This document shows, one piece after another, positions 24,333 to 36,189 of a stretch of 64,000 bases of DNA. The stretch's first letter is position 1. Every line of letters starts with the position of its first letter. Position numbers and translations under genes: made by a program. This stretch comes from Octopus sinensis (taxonomy: Eukaryota): contig NC_043003.1 in assembly GCF_006345805.1 (NCBI RefSeq), positions 72,664,001-72,728,000 of the forward strand, written 5' to 3'. Below the pieces are notes generated by a model. It was not told the DNA's origin and ran no database searches. It saw only the letters and a list, made by a program, of their open reading frames with translations.

Positions 24333-26082
24333 GTAAATTCCTTCTTGAACACACTTTAGTTTGCAGAACAGTTTTTTCTGTAGTTTTTACCACACCGTAA
24401 TATAACCTGTTACTCACAGTCTGAACAAACGGGTCTCTAACTGTGAACTTACTAGAAATAGCAGCCAATTCCTGCAAATCAACCAATACCAATTTTCACT
24501 TCATAGTCACGTGAACACTGTTGCTATTTAACCACAGGCCAACCTTCAGTGAATAGTGTGGCTTTAATTCTGACTGTGACTATCCTATTTTAAGACAGCA
24601 TGTTGTGATTTGTGGGAAATTTGGACATTATTTCTAACAGGCTTAGCGACCGTGTTGAAGGTAGCTTGTACCAAACTATCGTAGCACCAGTAGCACTGAG
24701 AACTTTTTTTTTTAATTACTGTAAAGAGTAACGTTTGTAATGATAATGAAAACATGCTTTCTCAGCTTTTTACTCAATTGTAGTTAATATATAAATGTCA
24801 TGGCGTTTTATATGCAATTACTTTTATAATATAGTGGCCCACACTACTTGCAGTTGGAAGTACAGAAACCCATACTATACACACCAATAGTAACATTGCA
24901 TTTTTCCTTCTTAGAAAAGAAAAATTCTAGCAGTATCAAATAGTTTTGATACATATTTGCATCTCCTAAGTTCATGGGAAGTTACTATTTCATGATTCTT
25001 CACACTGTGGTATATCTTAATAAAATGGTCCAAGTACTATTGGGATTCTTTTATTTTATTCTACAAGAGATGTGAAGGTTTTCGTGGACTTTGAAGCAAG
25101 GCATCGAGTCAGTTATGAAACTATAGATTCCTGCTCATCTAGATACCTGATGTTTGCATTTGTTGGATTGTTTAGTTCTTAGTCTACAACATGAACTACA
25201 AGTGGTTTGTTTTGTTGCTTCTTGTGAACTTCCTTAGTGCTGGTCTGGGAGTCATTAGTTATTCCACTGTCACTCTCCCCATTAAAATTCACTATCCTCT
25301 TGTGAATTTCCATGGGAAGACCAGCATTGGAATACAAAGACATGTTTATGAGTTGTATTTGTTGTTGTACGGAACAGTGATGTATGGAAATGTAGCACCT
25401 CAAAAGGCACCTGTTCTCAGTGTATCTTTGACATTACATTATTCAAAGGCAAAACAGACTGTCTTCCATATGTTCAACCTCTCTACCTGTCCATTCATTG
25501 TAGAGGTGATATGAAGTAGTGGGAGAGATATTCCTTCACTTCCTTAGACATGAAGCAAATCAGTGTATATAATATAATAGTATAATTTTGCATTAGCTGA
25601 GCAGGAAATCCAGACATCTGATCGTTGTTGGTGCATACATACTGGGACATAAAAATGCAAAATAAAAACATGAATATTCAAGAACTATTATGAGTAAATA
25701 TGAATTACACAAAACAGTTGGCAAAATTTCCTTGAAAGCCATATTAAGCTGTTCCATAGGCTTTATTGCTTTGGTAAGAGTTCCTTCTTGTGGGTGATAG
25801 AACTGAGATTTTAGTTCAGTACAAACCATATGAGAACCACAAGCTTTTCTCATGTGTAAAAACAGAAAGATTCCTAATAAAATGCAGTTGCCAAGTTACT
25901 CCTAGTTGACATAGACCATTGTGGATGTCAGCAAATATGGAAGAAATAAAACTGAATTAATGAGTAATTGTGTCAAACATCACATTCGTCTAACCAGGAC
26001 AATACTTCATTCTGAAGTTAAATGGTACAAGTTCCTGAATCTTCATATGTCTTTTCTTTTTACTATTAAACATAAAAGATAT

Positions 26083-26415
26083 GAAGGCACATTGCTCAGT
26101 GGTTAGAGTGTTGGACTCAGTATCATGAATAGTGAGTTTCATTCCTGGACTGGGTTGTGTGTTGTGTTCTTGAGCAAGACACTTTATTTCACATTGCTCC
26201 AGTTGACTCAGTTATAGAAATGAGTTGTGATGTCACTGGTGCCAAGCTGTATCAGCCTTTGCCTTTCCCTTGAATAACATTGGTGACATGGAGAGGGAAG
26301 GCTGGTATGCATGGATGACTGCTGGTCTTTCATAAACAAACTTGCCCAGACTTGTGCCTCAGAGGGAAACTATCTAGGTGCAATCCTGTGATCAGTCATG
26401 ACTGAAGGGGGTCTT
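26083..26415 (+). mobile_element. tRNA-derived SINE of another family
   Basis: tRNA-like head GGCACATTGCTCAGTGGTTAGAGTGTTGGACTC..GAGTTTCATTCC, followed by TTGAGCAAGACACTTT and a TGACTGAAGGGGGTCTT end. Confidence 0.65.
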
Positions 26416-26499
26416 TATTAAACATAACAGCCACTAACCTCTGATCAGTCACCTGACTAAAGTGGCACCATGGTAGATGATTGTTCCATTTACTCCTTA

Positions 26500-27790
26500 C
26501 TTCAGTATGTGGTAGTGTAATTCACTTCCTTGTAGCAATCTTGACTTGAATGCTACAGGTCATCCTCTTGGGATAAGGACAGCAGAAATAGCCACATAAG
26601 TTGCATCCTGTTCTACCTCAGTAAGTTTCCATCTACTGAGTGCAGAATGGTTTCCTTTAACTCTCTTTAGCAAGTTAAAGGTTTTCAAAGACTTCTCTTC
26701 TAATAGAAACTTCTTTGTGTATACCAATGGTTGAATTTTGTCAGTAAATACATGAATCCACTTGGCATAATATGCAAACATTTTGAGTATTCTTTTTAAG
26801 GATTGTAAATTTTTTGGAGGAGGAAACTTTTGTAGTGGTTGAAGCTTCTCAGGATCTTGTTTAATGATATCATTAACCACACAGAGTATCCAAGACCATT
26901 TAATACAATCAATGGTTTTTGAAGTCATTAAATGTTAGGTGTCTGCTACTGATAATCTTCAGAAATTCCTCTACAGTTCGGTCATGCTTCTATTTCTGTA
27001 TCTGTCCAGCAATAGTAACATTGTCAAGATAAGGAGTGTTGTTTTGCAACTTTTCCTCTTGCACTAGCCCATCCATCACACATTGCATGGCAGCTTCTCC
27101 ATTTATAACGCCAAATGGAATGATAAAAAAACTGAGACATGTATTGACCCCAAAAGTCATATACTCTCTGTCAGACCATCTTCATTAACTCTTAGTAGCA
27201 GGCACTTTTTAGGTTAAGGCTGAGAACATTCTATATTTTATGAGTTTATTCACCATCTTGTCTTTTATTAGTTAAGCATCCAATTTTGTATATTAATTGA
27301 CTGTGAATAACCTGTGCACATATGTTTCTTGCATTGATAGGCAGGATCACTCAGTACTACTACCTTGGCTCACCATGCTGATATATTCATTTCAATTATA
27401 CCTTCTGGGAGTAAATGGTGTATTTCCTTTGCAATGAAGTCCTGATAATCTTTGCTGAAGCATCTTGATTTGACAGCAATTAGTTTACAACATGGAGACA
27501 TGTTTGGGAAAGGGATGTCTCTTATATTTTTGTCAAGGCCAATGCATAGAAATCGACATCATCTATGGATGGTCATTAAGACCAAGGATTGGATTCATAA
27601 TAACATAGTCCTTGGAAGTAGTATTTAAGGTTTTCTGAGCCATAGTGATTCTTTACTAGATAGTAATTTTGGTTCTGTCACAGCTTTCTTATTAAGGTAA
27701 CTATCAGTGCTGCAGAAATCCAAGCACTTAACCTTTTTCTGTTGTCACTGAAGCTGCAGTGTGAATGAGTTTTTTTGGCACATTTTTCAC
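26500..27790 (-). mobile_element. Gypsy/Ty3 pol remnant (protease-RT-RNase H)
   Basis: Minus frames give LDFCSTDSYL (aspartic protease-like), PFGVING..PYLDNVTIAG (RT YxDD-like), IKQDPEKLQPL..PKNLQSLKRILKMFAYYAKWI and DATYVAISAVL (RNase H). Heavily disrupted. Confidence 0.85.
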
Positions 27791-27946
27791 TAAGCAATAG
27801 AAAATGAACATAGAGTAGAATAAGAAACATTGTTTTGTATTTAGAATATCTTCCTTTCTTTGTTTACTATTCAGTAATAAGTACATAATATGCCAAGTTA
27901 GATTTGAAACTCTATCATTGCTTGTTATTTCTGTTGATTTTACTAG

Positions 27947-28144
27947 CTATTTCTGAAAGTTTGGAAAGAAAAGGTGTCCTGAACCAGGTGAAAGCTCAGA
28001 TACGTGCTGAGATGTTCCACGTACTAGATGAACATTCAGAAGGAAAACCTCCAATATGTAATGAAAACCTCATTATCAATGAATTGATCTTAGAATATCT
28101 CCAGTATAACAAATACAAACACACTTCTTCAGTTCTTATGGCAG
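27947..28144 (+). CDS. FOPNL: FOPNL exon 2 (TOF/LisH region)
   Basis: Acceptor TTTTACTAG|CT. AISESLERKGVLNQVKAQIRAEMF..ENLIINELILEYLQYNKYKHTSSVLMA is the FOP N-terminal/LisH signature. Donor GCAG|GTGAAT. 198 nt, phase 1-1. Confidence 0.95.
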
Positions 28145-28214
28145 GTGAATGTGCATTCATTTCTATTTGTTTGTTTTTCATGATCATTATATTTGTGTGG
28201 AGGTTAACAAACCT

Positions 28215-28800
28215 CCTGGTCTTAAGGTGATAGGGCTGAGATATTTTCTGGTCTTTGGGTGGTAGGGCTTATATACTGCCTGATCCCTTCATGGAAAGGC
28301 TAGCATATCTGATCCTTTGGTCTTGTCTTGTCTTGAGACAGCATTTACCCGGGGTGGGTTGAGCTGGCTTCATTCATCCTCAATGCTGCATCTCTCACAA
28401 ACGCCGACCAGGCTTGGTGATTTGAGGCTAACAACCACATGATCCCCAACCACTCCCTATTGGAGGTCATGCGGTCGTTAGCCTCAAATCACTGTATTAA
28501 CTGTATCGTTGACTCATCATCTAGTCCTTGGGAGGTTGGGCTAACATGCCACCTGGTCTTTGGAAGGTGGGGCTAACACAGTACCAAGTAGTATTTGGAT
28601 AGTAGAGAACTTACAACATAATGGTACTTGGGTGGTAGAACTAACATACCAGCTGGTCCTTGAGTAGTCAGGTTAATACACCATCTGGACTTTAAGTTGT
28701 AAGAATGATGCACTACTTGGTCCCTTGGATAATGAAGCTAACACATCACCTGGGTTTAGGGTGGTAGGGCTAACATGCTTCCTGGTCTTTGAATGTTAAC
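28215..28800. repeat. Degenerate ~30-bp tandem repeat (CTGGTCTTTGGGTGGTAGGGCTAACA-like) in FOPNL intron 2
   Basis: The unit recurs at ~28216, 28248, 28554, 28622, 28654 and 28750. A ~180-bp segment containing a hairpin interrupts it. Confidence 0.6.
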
Positions 28801-29309
28801 ATATATCATTATCATCACATACATTTCTTCCATGCTGGCATTGGTTAAACAGTGCTTTGGCAATATTGTACTTTAGTGAGGGTCAATATGGCTACGACAA
28901 CATTATTCACTCTTGTCAAAAGTGAATTAACAATAAAATGTATTCAACTGCATCTATTGAGGGGTTTTTTGTTTTATTTTTTGGAGAATGACCCTCCCAA
29001 TATATATTTAATCCTCATCTTCATCCTTTTAACATTTGCTTTTCCATGCTTACATGGACAGAGTTTTTATGGCTAGATGCTTTTCCTGTCGTTAACCCTC
29101 ACTTGTTTCCAAGTAAGGTACTATTTCCCTTAGTCCTTTGAACAACAAACAACATTATAGCTCATCATATTTTCACTGTTATATATATGGTGTTATTGTT
29201 TTTATGCAGTATACAAACATCAAGACAGGGAGAAGACACAAACTCATACATATACATATCTCTTGTAATAAACTTTGCTTTGTGTGTCTGTGTATGTACA
29301 TATATATAT

Positions 29310-29590
29310 AACGGGAAAGTTTACGAAAATAAACAAAAGACGAAGGCAGGTGGAGTACAAACAAACAAATGTATTAGTATAGCGCTCAGGAATAGAAATA
29401 GAAAAAGTCTTTTACGTTTCGAGCCTATGCTCTTTGACAGAAAGATACACAGAAAAAAATGCGTGTAGGAGCTAACGATCTATCATGGCGTCCTGACTTC
29501 AGACAGAAGTCAGACGCAAGAAGGACAGTAGGGGAGATAACAGGGTCAAGTGACTTCCAATATGAAGGTGCCCCCAACATATATACACAT
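29310..29590 (-). mobile_element. 3' terminal (pseudo-LTR) fragment of the Neptune-like Penelope element
   Basis: Near-identical to the reverse complement of ~51340-51630. Abuts a (TA)n tract. Confidence 0.8.
29408..29445 (-). ncRNA. Variant minimal hammerhead-ribozyme-like motif
   Basis: Minus strand UCUUU-CUGUCAAA-GAGC AUAG GCUC-GAAA-CG-UA-AAAGA gives stem I, stem II, GAAA, a palindromic helix III and a GUA site. The core deviates from CUGANGA. Confidence 0.45.
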
Positions 29591-29889
29591 ACATATATTT
29601 AGTACAGAGAGATAACAGGGTAACAACATAGTAGGATGGTGAGAAGGTGTGCTATGCTAAGAGAAGTAAAGCTAAGTTAGGAGGAATGAACTGGTAGAAG
29701 GAAGTAATACTTGAGAAGTTAGCAATTAGCCGATGGGGAAACTATTAGCTAAGAATGAAAGATGACAGACTTGAACAATGAAGAGAAAAATGATGGAAAA
29801 TGTAGAAAAATGACAAAATTAAAAATTAAAAATGAAAAGATGATGAGAAGCAGAAGTAGTGTGAAAGGTTTTAATATATTTATTTCTTT

Positions 29890-30120
29890 ATTGCCCACAG
29901 GGGGCTAAACATAGAGGGGACAAACAAGGACAGACAGAAAGATTAAGTTGATTACATCAAATTCCCCCAGTGTGTAACTGGTCCTTTTTTTAATCAACCC
30001 CGAAAGGATGGAAAGCAAAGTCTACCTCAGCAGAATTTGAACTCAGAGCATGAAGACAGACAAAATATCACTAAGCATTCTGCCCAGAGTGATAATGATT
30101 CTGTCAGTTTGCTGCCTTAA
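29890..30120 (-). mobile_element. SINE with Nin/Deu-like central domain
   Basis: Reverse complement of GGCAGCAAACTGACAGAATC..GAGTTCAAATTCTGCTGAGGTAGACTTTGCTTTCCATCCTTTCGGGGTTGATTA. Related copies lie at ~10700-10880, 14060-14400, 42930-43070, 47478-47690 and 57140-57255. Confidence 0.75.
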
Positions 30121-30497
30121 CATCCCATCCAATATGGCAAGACGTATGTGCTCCATAGTTACAGATACCAATAGATGGGAGAAACAACTGGTAGAACTAA
30201 ATGTGTTCCTTTGAAAGCAGAAACATCTCAAAAAGTTAATAAATCATGTCATTACCGAAGCAAAAGAATTCCTGATTTATACCTTATATGTTTGTGAACT
30301 GATGGCATCAAAGGGCTAAGGAAATAAATAAAATATAACTTTCCATCAGGTTAGAGTAGAGTGAATTATAGCACATGTGAATGAAATGAATAAAATAATA
30401 ATGAATAATTGATACTGTAATAAATTATAGAATATAAATTAAATAAATAAAAATGTTAGGTAAAGAAATTTGGAAAGATAATATGATTTTAGTTTAA

Positions 30498-30718
30498 CCC
30501 TTTAGCATTTAAACCGGCCATATCCGGCCAGAAGTTTTCTGCCTGTTTTATGTTCAAACTGGCCAGATCTGGTCTCTCACGTCAACCCTACAATATCGTT
30601 TTAAAAATTAACAGCTACCTCATCAAAAGCTCATAGCTACAAGATAATGCATGATTAGTTCAAAACAATGTGGATAAAAAAGCATTCATTTTGGTAGAAT
30701 AATGCGAACACTAAAGGG
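30498..30718. mobile_element. piggyBac-type MITE (TTAA TSD)
   Basis: TTAA|CCCTTTAGCATT...AACACTAAAGGG|TTAA. Confidence 0.85.
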
Positions 30719-30832
30719 TTAACTAGTGTTTAATTACAACAGGTGTTAAGTAAATCGTAAGCCAGGAAATGCTTGATATTAGTTATTTAATAATTGTGCT
30801 GCAACTGAATAGGTATTACACAAGCTATACGC

Positions 30833-31235
30833 TAGGCTCAGAAACCTGGACGTTATCAAAGAAGCTTGAGAGGCAGTTGGATGGAATCTATACTCGCCTC
30901 CTTATGAGAGCTCAAAATCTCTCGTGGAAGCACCATCCAAACAAAATGCAAATATATGGGAAACTACCACCTGTGTCATCTCTTGTGAAAGGTAGGAGAG
31001 TCCAGTTTGCTGGACATTGTTGTAGAGCTGAAAAAGAGATAATTTCTACTCTTCTCCTCTGGAAGCCATCTACTCGCAGTACCAGAGGGCGCACACTCTC
31101 CTACCCTGATGTAATCTCCAGGGATACAGGCATCCAGCAACAGGACCTCCGTAATGCCATGATGGACCGTGAAGTCTGGCGTAGCATAGTAAATTCCATT
31201 GTCTCGACCACGGTCGAACAATGATGATGATGATG
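30833..31235 (+). mobile_element. 5'-truncated RTE-like LINE insertion with 24-bp TSD
   Basis: Open frame GSETWTL..LDGIYTRLLMRA..FAGHCCR..MMDREVW, then an (ATG)n tail. ATAGGTATTACACAAGCTATACGC is duplicated at 30809-30832 and 31236-31259. Confidence 0.92.
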
Positions 31236-31614
31236 ATAGGTATTACACAAGCTATACGCCAGGTGAGGTGTAGCAGTATGAACCCCAGCAACAGAGTGGC
31301 TATCACTAAACACACCTGTCAGCAATGGAGTGCTGTTAAACCAATGACAAATCGTAGCGAAAAATTTGTCTGAAAGACAAAGCAAACATAAAGTTCTGTG
31401 TAAAGTAATACTTAACAATGACTTGTCACAACAGAAAAAAAAACATCCCCCAAAAACTTGTAATGAGATACATAGTAAACTTCTTATTTAAAGAAGGTTC
31501 CCCACCCAAAACATCAAGAACTCTAATCCTCTCATAGTATACAAACTTATGTATATTCTATTAAAAGGACAATATTGTTTTCCAGAATATTCCTTTTTGA
31601 ATGTAAATATAGCC

Positions 31615-31965
31615 ACAGTCATGTTTGCTTCTCAACCACATCATTCCAGGTTGACTCCCACTGCATAGCATCTTGAGCCAGTGTCTTCTACTATAGCCCT
31701 GGGCTGACCAAAGCCTTTTGAGTGGGTTTGGTAAATGGAAACTGAAAGAAGCCTGTCATGTGTGTGTGTATGTCACCACCACTTGACAAGTGGTGTTGGT
31801 GTATTTATGTCTCATAACTTAGCGGTTTGGCAAAAGAGATCAATAGAATAAGTACCCAGCTTACAAAGAAAATAAGTACTGGGGTTGATTAGTTTGACTA
31901 AAATTCCTCAAGGCAGTACCCCAGCATGGCCACAGTTTAATGACTGAAACAAGTAAAAGATTGAG
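31615..31965 (+). mobile_element. tRNA-derived SINE (family of 15067-15480)
   Basis: GTGTCTTCTACTATAGCC..CCAAAGCCTT..GGAAACTGAAAGAAGCCTGTC..CCAGCATGGCCACAG..TGACTGAAACAAGTAAAAGA. Confidence 0.8.
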
Positions 31966-32222
31966 TAAAATAGAATTTATGAATAAGTTTTACGTTTTGA
32001 AAATAAGAAACTAAATAGAATAATTAAGATAAAAAAAAAAATCAGTATTTATTTATCACAAGTTTAGGTTAGAAATTGAAGAGACAAATGAAGGTACAAT
32101 GGTGTTTGTTTATCTCTAGTTGTTCACCTGCTTCCTCATATGATGATCTCACACCTGCTTTATTGTAATTATAATTAGTATTGATATTTCATTAATGTTA
32201 TTTGTTATAATCATTCTTACAG

Positions 32223-32307
32223 AGGCTGGTCAGTCTGAAACTCGTTTAGACAGAGAATTTATCAAGAATGAACTCAACATTGCTGAGGATTTAGAGACCA
32301 GCAGTGT
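32223..32307 (+). CDS. FOPNL: FOPNL exon 3
   Basis: Acceptor TTCTTACAG|AG. EAGQSETRLDREFIKNELNIAEDLETSSV compares with human ESGQPVVPLDRQFLIHELN. Donor GT|GTAAGT. 85 nt. Confidence 0.92.
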
Positions 32308-32669
32308 GTAAGTCTTTGTATATCCCTCCTATTTAACTATTGTTTCTGTGTTGTTAAGTTGGTGGAAGAGAATTGCTCCCTGAAGGTGACATAAATTTTG
32401 GTAATATGTTAATCTTCTAGATACAATTTAAGATGTTTATGTGTTTATGTGCATGTGATAGCATATCTATCTATGACATGTGAATTATACTCCAGTAGTA
32501 CTCAGTCCACAGGTCTGTAAGCCTGTAGTACTTCAGTGTTGGTAAAACCTGAGTTTTGTATAACCTGAAAATGATTAGGGCTGAAGTATTGGACTTAAAG
32601 AAGAAAGCTAGTGTTTGGCATGCATACACACTCCATTGCAAGTTACAATATGGTCAAGAAATGGATCGG

Positions 32670-33206
32670 TCTGGTTATGGAGAAGAAGCAATGAGCAAAT
32701 TTCATAATGTGCTCATTTTCTGATTTTCATTCAAATTGGGTGGTACCCATTTGTCGAGCTTTTTTGATTTTCCAATCACATGCAAATAGTTTCAGACAGT
32801 TTTCTAACTAACTTGAAGTTCTTTTGCAAGTTCTTGAGTGATTTTACATAGATCTTTCTCAATGATGATCTTTAATTGACCATCATCAATGACAGATGGG
32901 CGTCCACTATGCTCATAATCTTCAAGGCTCAGATCTCCACTGCAAAATCATTTAAGCCATTTTTGAGCTAACCACTCACTATATTGAACTCATAAAGCAA
33001 ATATGCTCCTTTGTCACTTCCATTATAACTTTGAAAAAAAAATAGCTGTTAAAATCGAACTACGCTCTTAAAAATTTGCAATAAGAATAAGGACAAGGCA
33101 AAATTACTACCTGCTTTTATAGCGAGTTGATGCAGGTAGTTTATCCTGTCCCCTTCTGATTTTAAGTTCATGCAATTGAAAAAAGCCACATTATTTATGG
33201 GATGAC

Positions 33207-33211
<5 letters not shown>
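32670..33211 (-). mobile_element. mariner transposase 5' remnant
   Basis: Minus frame LEDYEHSGRPSVIDD..TQELAKEL..IGKSKKLDKWVPPNL (WVPHEL-like). TIR-like TTGGGTCATCCCATAAATAATG next to (TA)n. Confidence 0.75.
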
Positions 33212-33239
<28 letters not shown>

Positions 33240-33245
<6 letters not shown>

Positions 33246-34319
33246 GAGTGTATTTTACCTTGTTAACAATTAACATGGATAAATGAATGAATAGTTACCA
33301 GGGCAGCAAAAATCTCACAAGTAAAGATGTTGTAACTCCTTGTTTATAAAGGTTGAAACTTCGTGTTTACGTTGAATATTTGAATGATATGAATAAAAAA
33401 TGGAGTTAACGCAGGTTTAAACAAGTATTTTTACTTTCTACATATGTTTCAAAAATTCCACTGATACTTATTCAAAAGAATAAAAGGTATAAACAATGCA
33501 ATCTTCTCTTCGGGAAAGTGAAAAAACGAAACTTGTCAATACAACATTTTAGCAAAAAATTATGGATTCGTATAGCGATAGACAGAACGCTATTAATATT
33601 GTTTAAAAAAACCTTATATGATATAACGTCATAAGTAGCTAACAGAAAGAGTAGGGATATTAATAGTGAATGTTAAATATAAAGGAAATTAAAGTCTAAA
33701 CTATATATAATGATAGAGACTACTTATACGCACTAAAAGTATGTTTCTGCCAATGCTTACATCTGTATGCTCATTCTATAACCGTGTTTACTAGAGTATT
33801 TTTAGAAAAAATAATGAAAAATAGCTCAGAATTGCAGAGAAGACAGAATTTCTTGCTTTTGTCATATGGTATCGAAATTGAGAGGATCAACCATTCTAAA
33901 TGAAATTGTTCATTATGGTCTTTTAAATCCCAAATCAGTTTGCTGACACCGGTACTATTCCGTTTATTTCTATCCCTAAATGTTGAGTAATGGATAGAAA
34001 TTCTCTTAGATAACTCTAACGATGTGCTTCCAATGTAAAATCGTACTTTATTACGAGTACTGATTATACACTGGTATATAGAATTTTTAATCTTAGAGTT
34101 ACTTGACATAAATTTAATTCTATTGGGATTGACTTCAGATACAATAACCTTGTTATTAATTTTTCTAGAGGGTTGGATGGTAGTAGCTAAATTAATGTTA
34201 GTATTAGGAAATGTATTAATATTTAACAGTTTGTTATTATGAGAAGATATAATTTGCAAGAGATTTTTTTGTGTTTGAAAAACCTATCCTAACCTTATGT
34301 GAATTAATTATAGAGTGAT
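33240..34319 (-). mobile_element. Penelope-like element 3' part (GIY-YIG endonuclease), left arm of palindrome
   Basis: ORF 33771-34259 gives SIYQC..FYIGST..KRISIHYSTF..NSTGVSKLIWDLKD..LEW.IL..PYD..CLLCNSE, the Penelope-type GIY-YIG C-terminus. It ends in (TA)n. Confidence 0.85.
33433..33519 (-). ncRNA. Hammerhead-ribozyme-like fold (left-arm copy)
   Basis: Reverse complement of 35116-35202. Confidence 0.5.
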
Positions 34320-35241
34320 ATTACTCTATAATTAATTCACATAAGGTTAGGATAGGTTTTTCAAACACAAAAAATCTCTTGCAAATTATATCTTCTCATA
34401 ATAACAAACTGTTAAATATTAATACATTTCCTAATACTAACATTAATTTAGCTACTACCATCCAACCCTCTAGAAATATTAATAACAAGGTTATTGTATC
34501 TGAAGTCAATCCCAATAGAATTAAATTTATGTCAAGTAACTCTAAGATTAAAAATTCTATATACCAGTGTATAATCAGTACTCATAATAAAGTACGATTT
34601 TACATTGGAAGCACATCGTTAGAGTTATCTAAGAGAATTTCTATCCATTACTCAACATTTAGGGATAGAAATAACGGAATAGTACCGGTGTCAGCAACTG
34701 ATTTGGGATTTAAAAGACCATAATGAACAATTTCATTTAGAATGGTTGATCCTCTCAATTTCGATACCATATGACAAAGGCAAGAAATTCTGTCTTCTCT
34801 GCAATTCTGAGCTATTTTTCATTATTTTTTCTAAAAATACTCTAGTAAACACGGTTATAGAATGAGCATACAGATGTAAGCATTGGCAGAAACATACTTT
34901 TAGTGCATATAAGTAGTCTCTATCATTATATATAGTTTAGACTTTAATTTCCTTTATATTTAACATTCACTATTAATATCCCTACTCTTTCTGTTAGCTA
35001 CTTATGACGTTATATCATATAAGGTTTTTTTAAACATATTAATAGCGTTCTGTCTATCGCTATACGAATCCATAATTTTTTGCTAAAATGTCGTATTGAC
35101 AAGTTTCGTTTTTTCACTTTCCCGAAGAGAAGATTGCATTGTTTATACCTTTTATTCTTTTGAATAAGTATCAGTGGAATTTTTGAAACATATGTAGAAA
35201 GTAAAAATACTTGTTTAAACCTGTGTTAACTCCATTTTTTA

Positions 35242-35248
<7 letters not shown>
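34320..35248 (+). mobile_element. Penelope-like element 3' part, right arm of palindrome
   Basis: Reverse complement of 33387-34319 with about 6 substitutions and about 4 single-base deletions. ORF 34379-34723 is frameshifted after RDRN. Confidence 0.85.
35116..35202 (+). ncRNA. Type I hammerhead-ribozyme-like fold with extended stem II
   Basis: ACUUUC-CCGAAGA-[GAAGAUU...AAUUUUU long stem II]-GAAA-CAUAUG-UA-GAAAGU. Stem I is ACUUUC/GAAAGU, helix III is palindromic, and the predicted cut is after GUA (35196). The core has C in place of U4. Confidence 0.55.
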
Positions 35249-35292
<44 letters not shown>

Positions 35293-35614
35293 TATATATA
35301 TGCAGGATCCATATATGATATATATGTAAGGTCTATATATGCTATTTATGTGAGTGTTTGTGTGTTTAATGCATATATGGTATGTAAGGCAGTGAGGGCA
35401 AGCTGGCAGAATCATTACCACAAGAATCAGATGGGTCAGAGTTTATCGAATTGTGTAAATTGACATCAGTGATTCTCTTGTACTTTCTCAACCCTAGACT
35501 GCTGTGGTGGTAATTTAGTTTCAGCTAGCATTCAGCAGATCCATAATGAAAAACATTTCAAATTTGACCAACCCATTTTTCTCATATATCTAGGAATACA
35601 TTAATTAATGTGTA

Positions 35615-36025
35615 CCTAGGCTTCCTGGGTCTACCTCTATCGCAGTTTCCCTCCACATTTAGAAATTGACACTTCTTTACATGTCCTCATCCATGACCAT
35701 ATCAGCTCAGTTGTCTCTCTTGCACACTACATCTGATACTTCTTATACCCAACTTTTCTCTCAAGATGCTTACACTCTGTTGTACATGCACACTGACATT
35801 GCACATCCAGTGAAGCATACTGGCTTCATTTCTTTCAAGCCTACATATGTCCTCAGTTGTCACAGCCCATGTTTCACTGCTGTGTGGCATTGCTGTTCAC
35901 ACACAAGCATCATACAATCTGCCTTTCACTCTAGGGAGAGGCCCTTTATTGCCAGCAGAGGTAGGAGCTATCTGAACTTTGCCCATCCTATTCTTATTCT
36001 CAGAGCATCCACCTCCGCTACTAAC
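35615..36025 (-). mobile_element. RTE LINE fragment (family of 20550-23435)
   Basis: HSSETWAVTTEDICRLERNEASMLHWMCNVSV in ORF 35702-35890. Confidence 0.85.
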
Positions 36026-36189
36026 TGTAGGTTATAGGCTTTCTGTGATTTGAATTGAGAAAATCAAGTAAAAGAACTTTTATATTATTTGTTCTGTTGT
36101 ATAATATTGTTTAACTGAGAATAGAAAAATATCATTGCAGAATTATTAAACTGTATTTTCTCCATTCTTCTTTTTTTTTTTTTTTCCAG

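Noticed and set aside
27904-27946. Signal-peptide-like N-terminus (MKLYHCLLFLLILLA) of ORF 27904-28230
   Set aside because: It is the translated polypyrimidine tract of intron 1. The true start is exon 1 at 24305.
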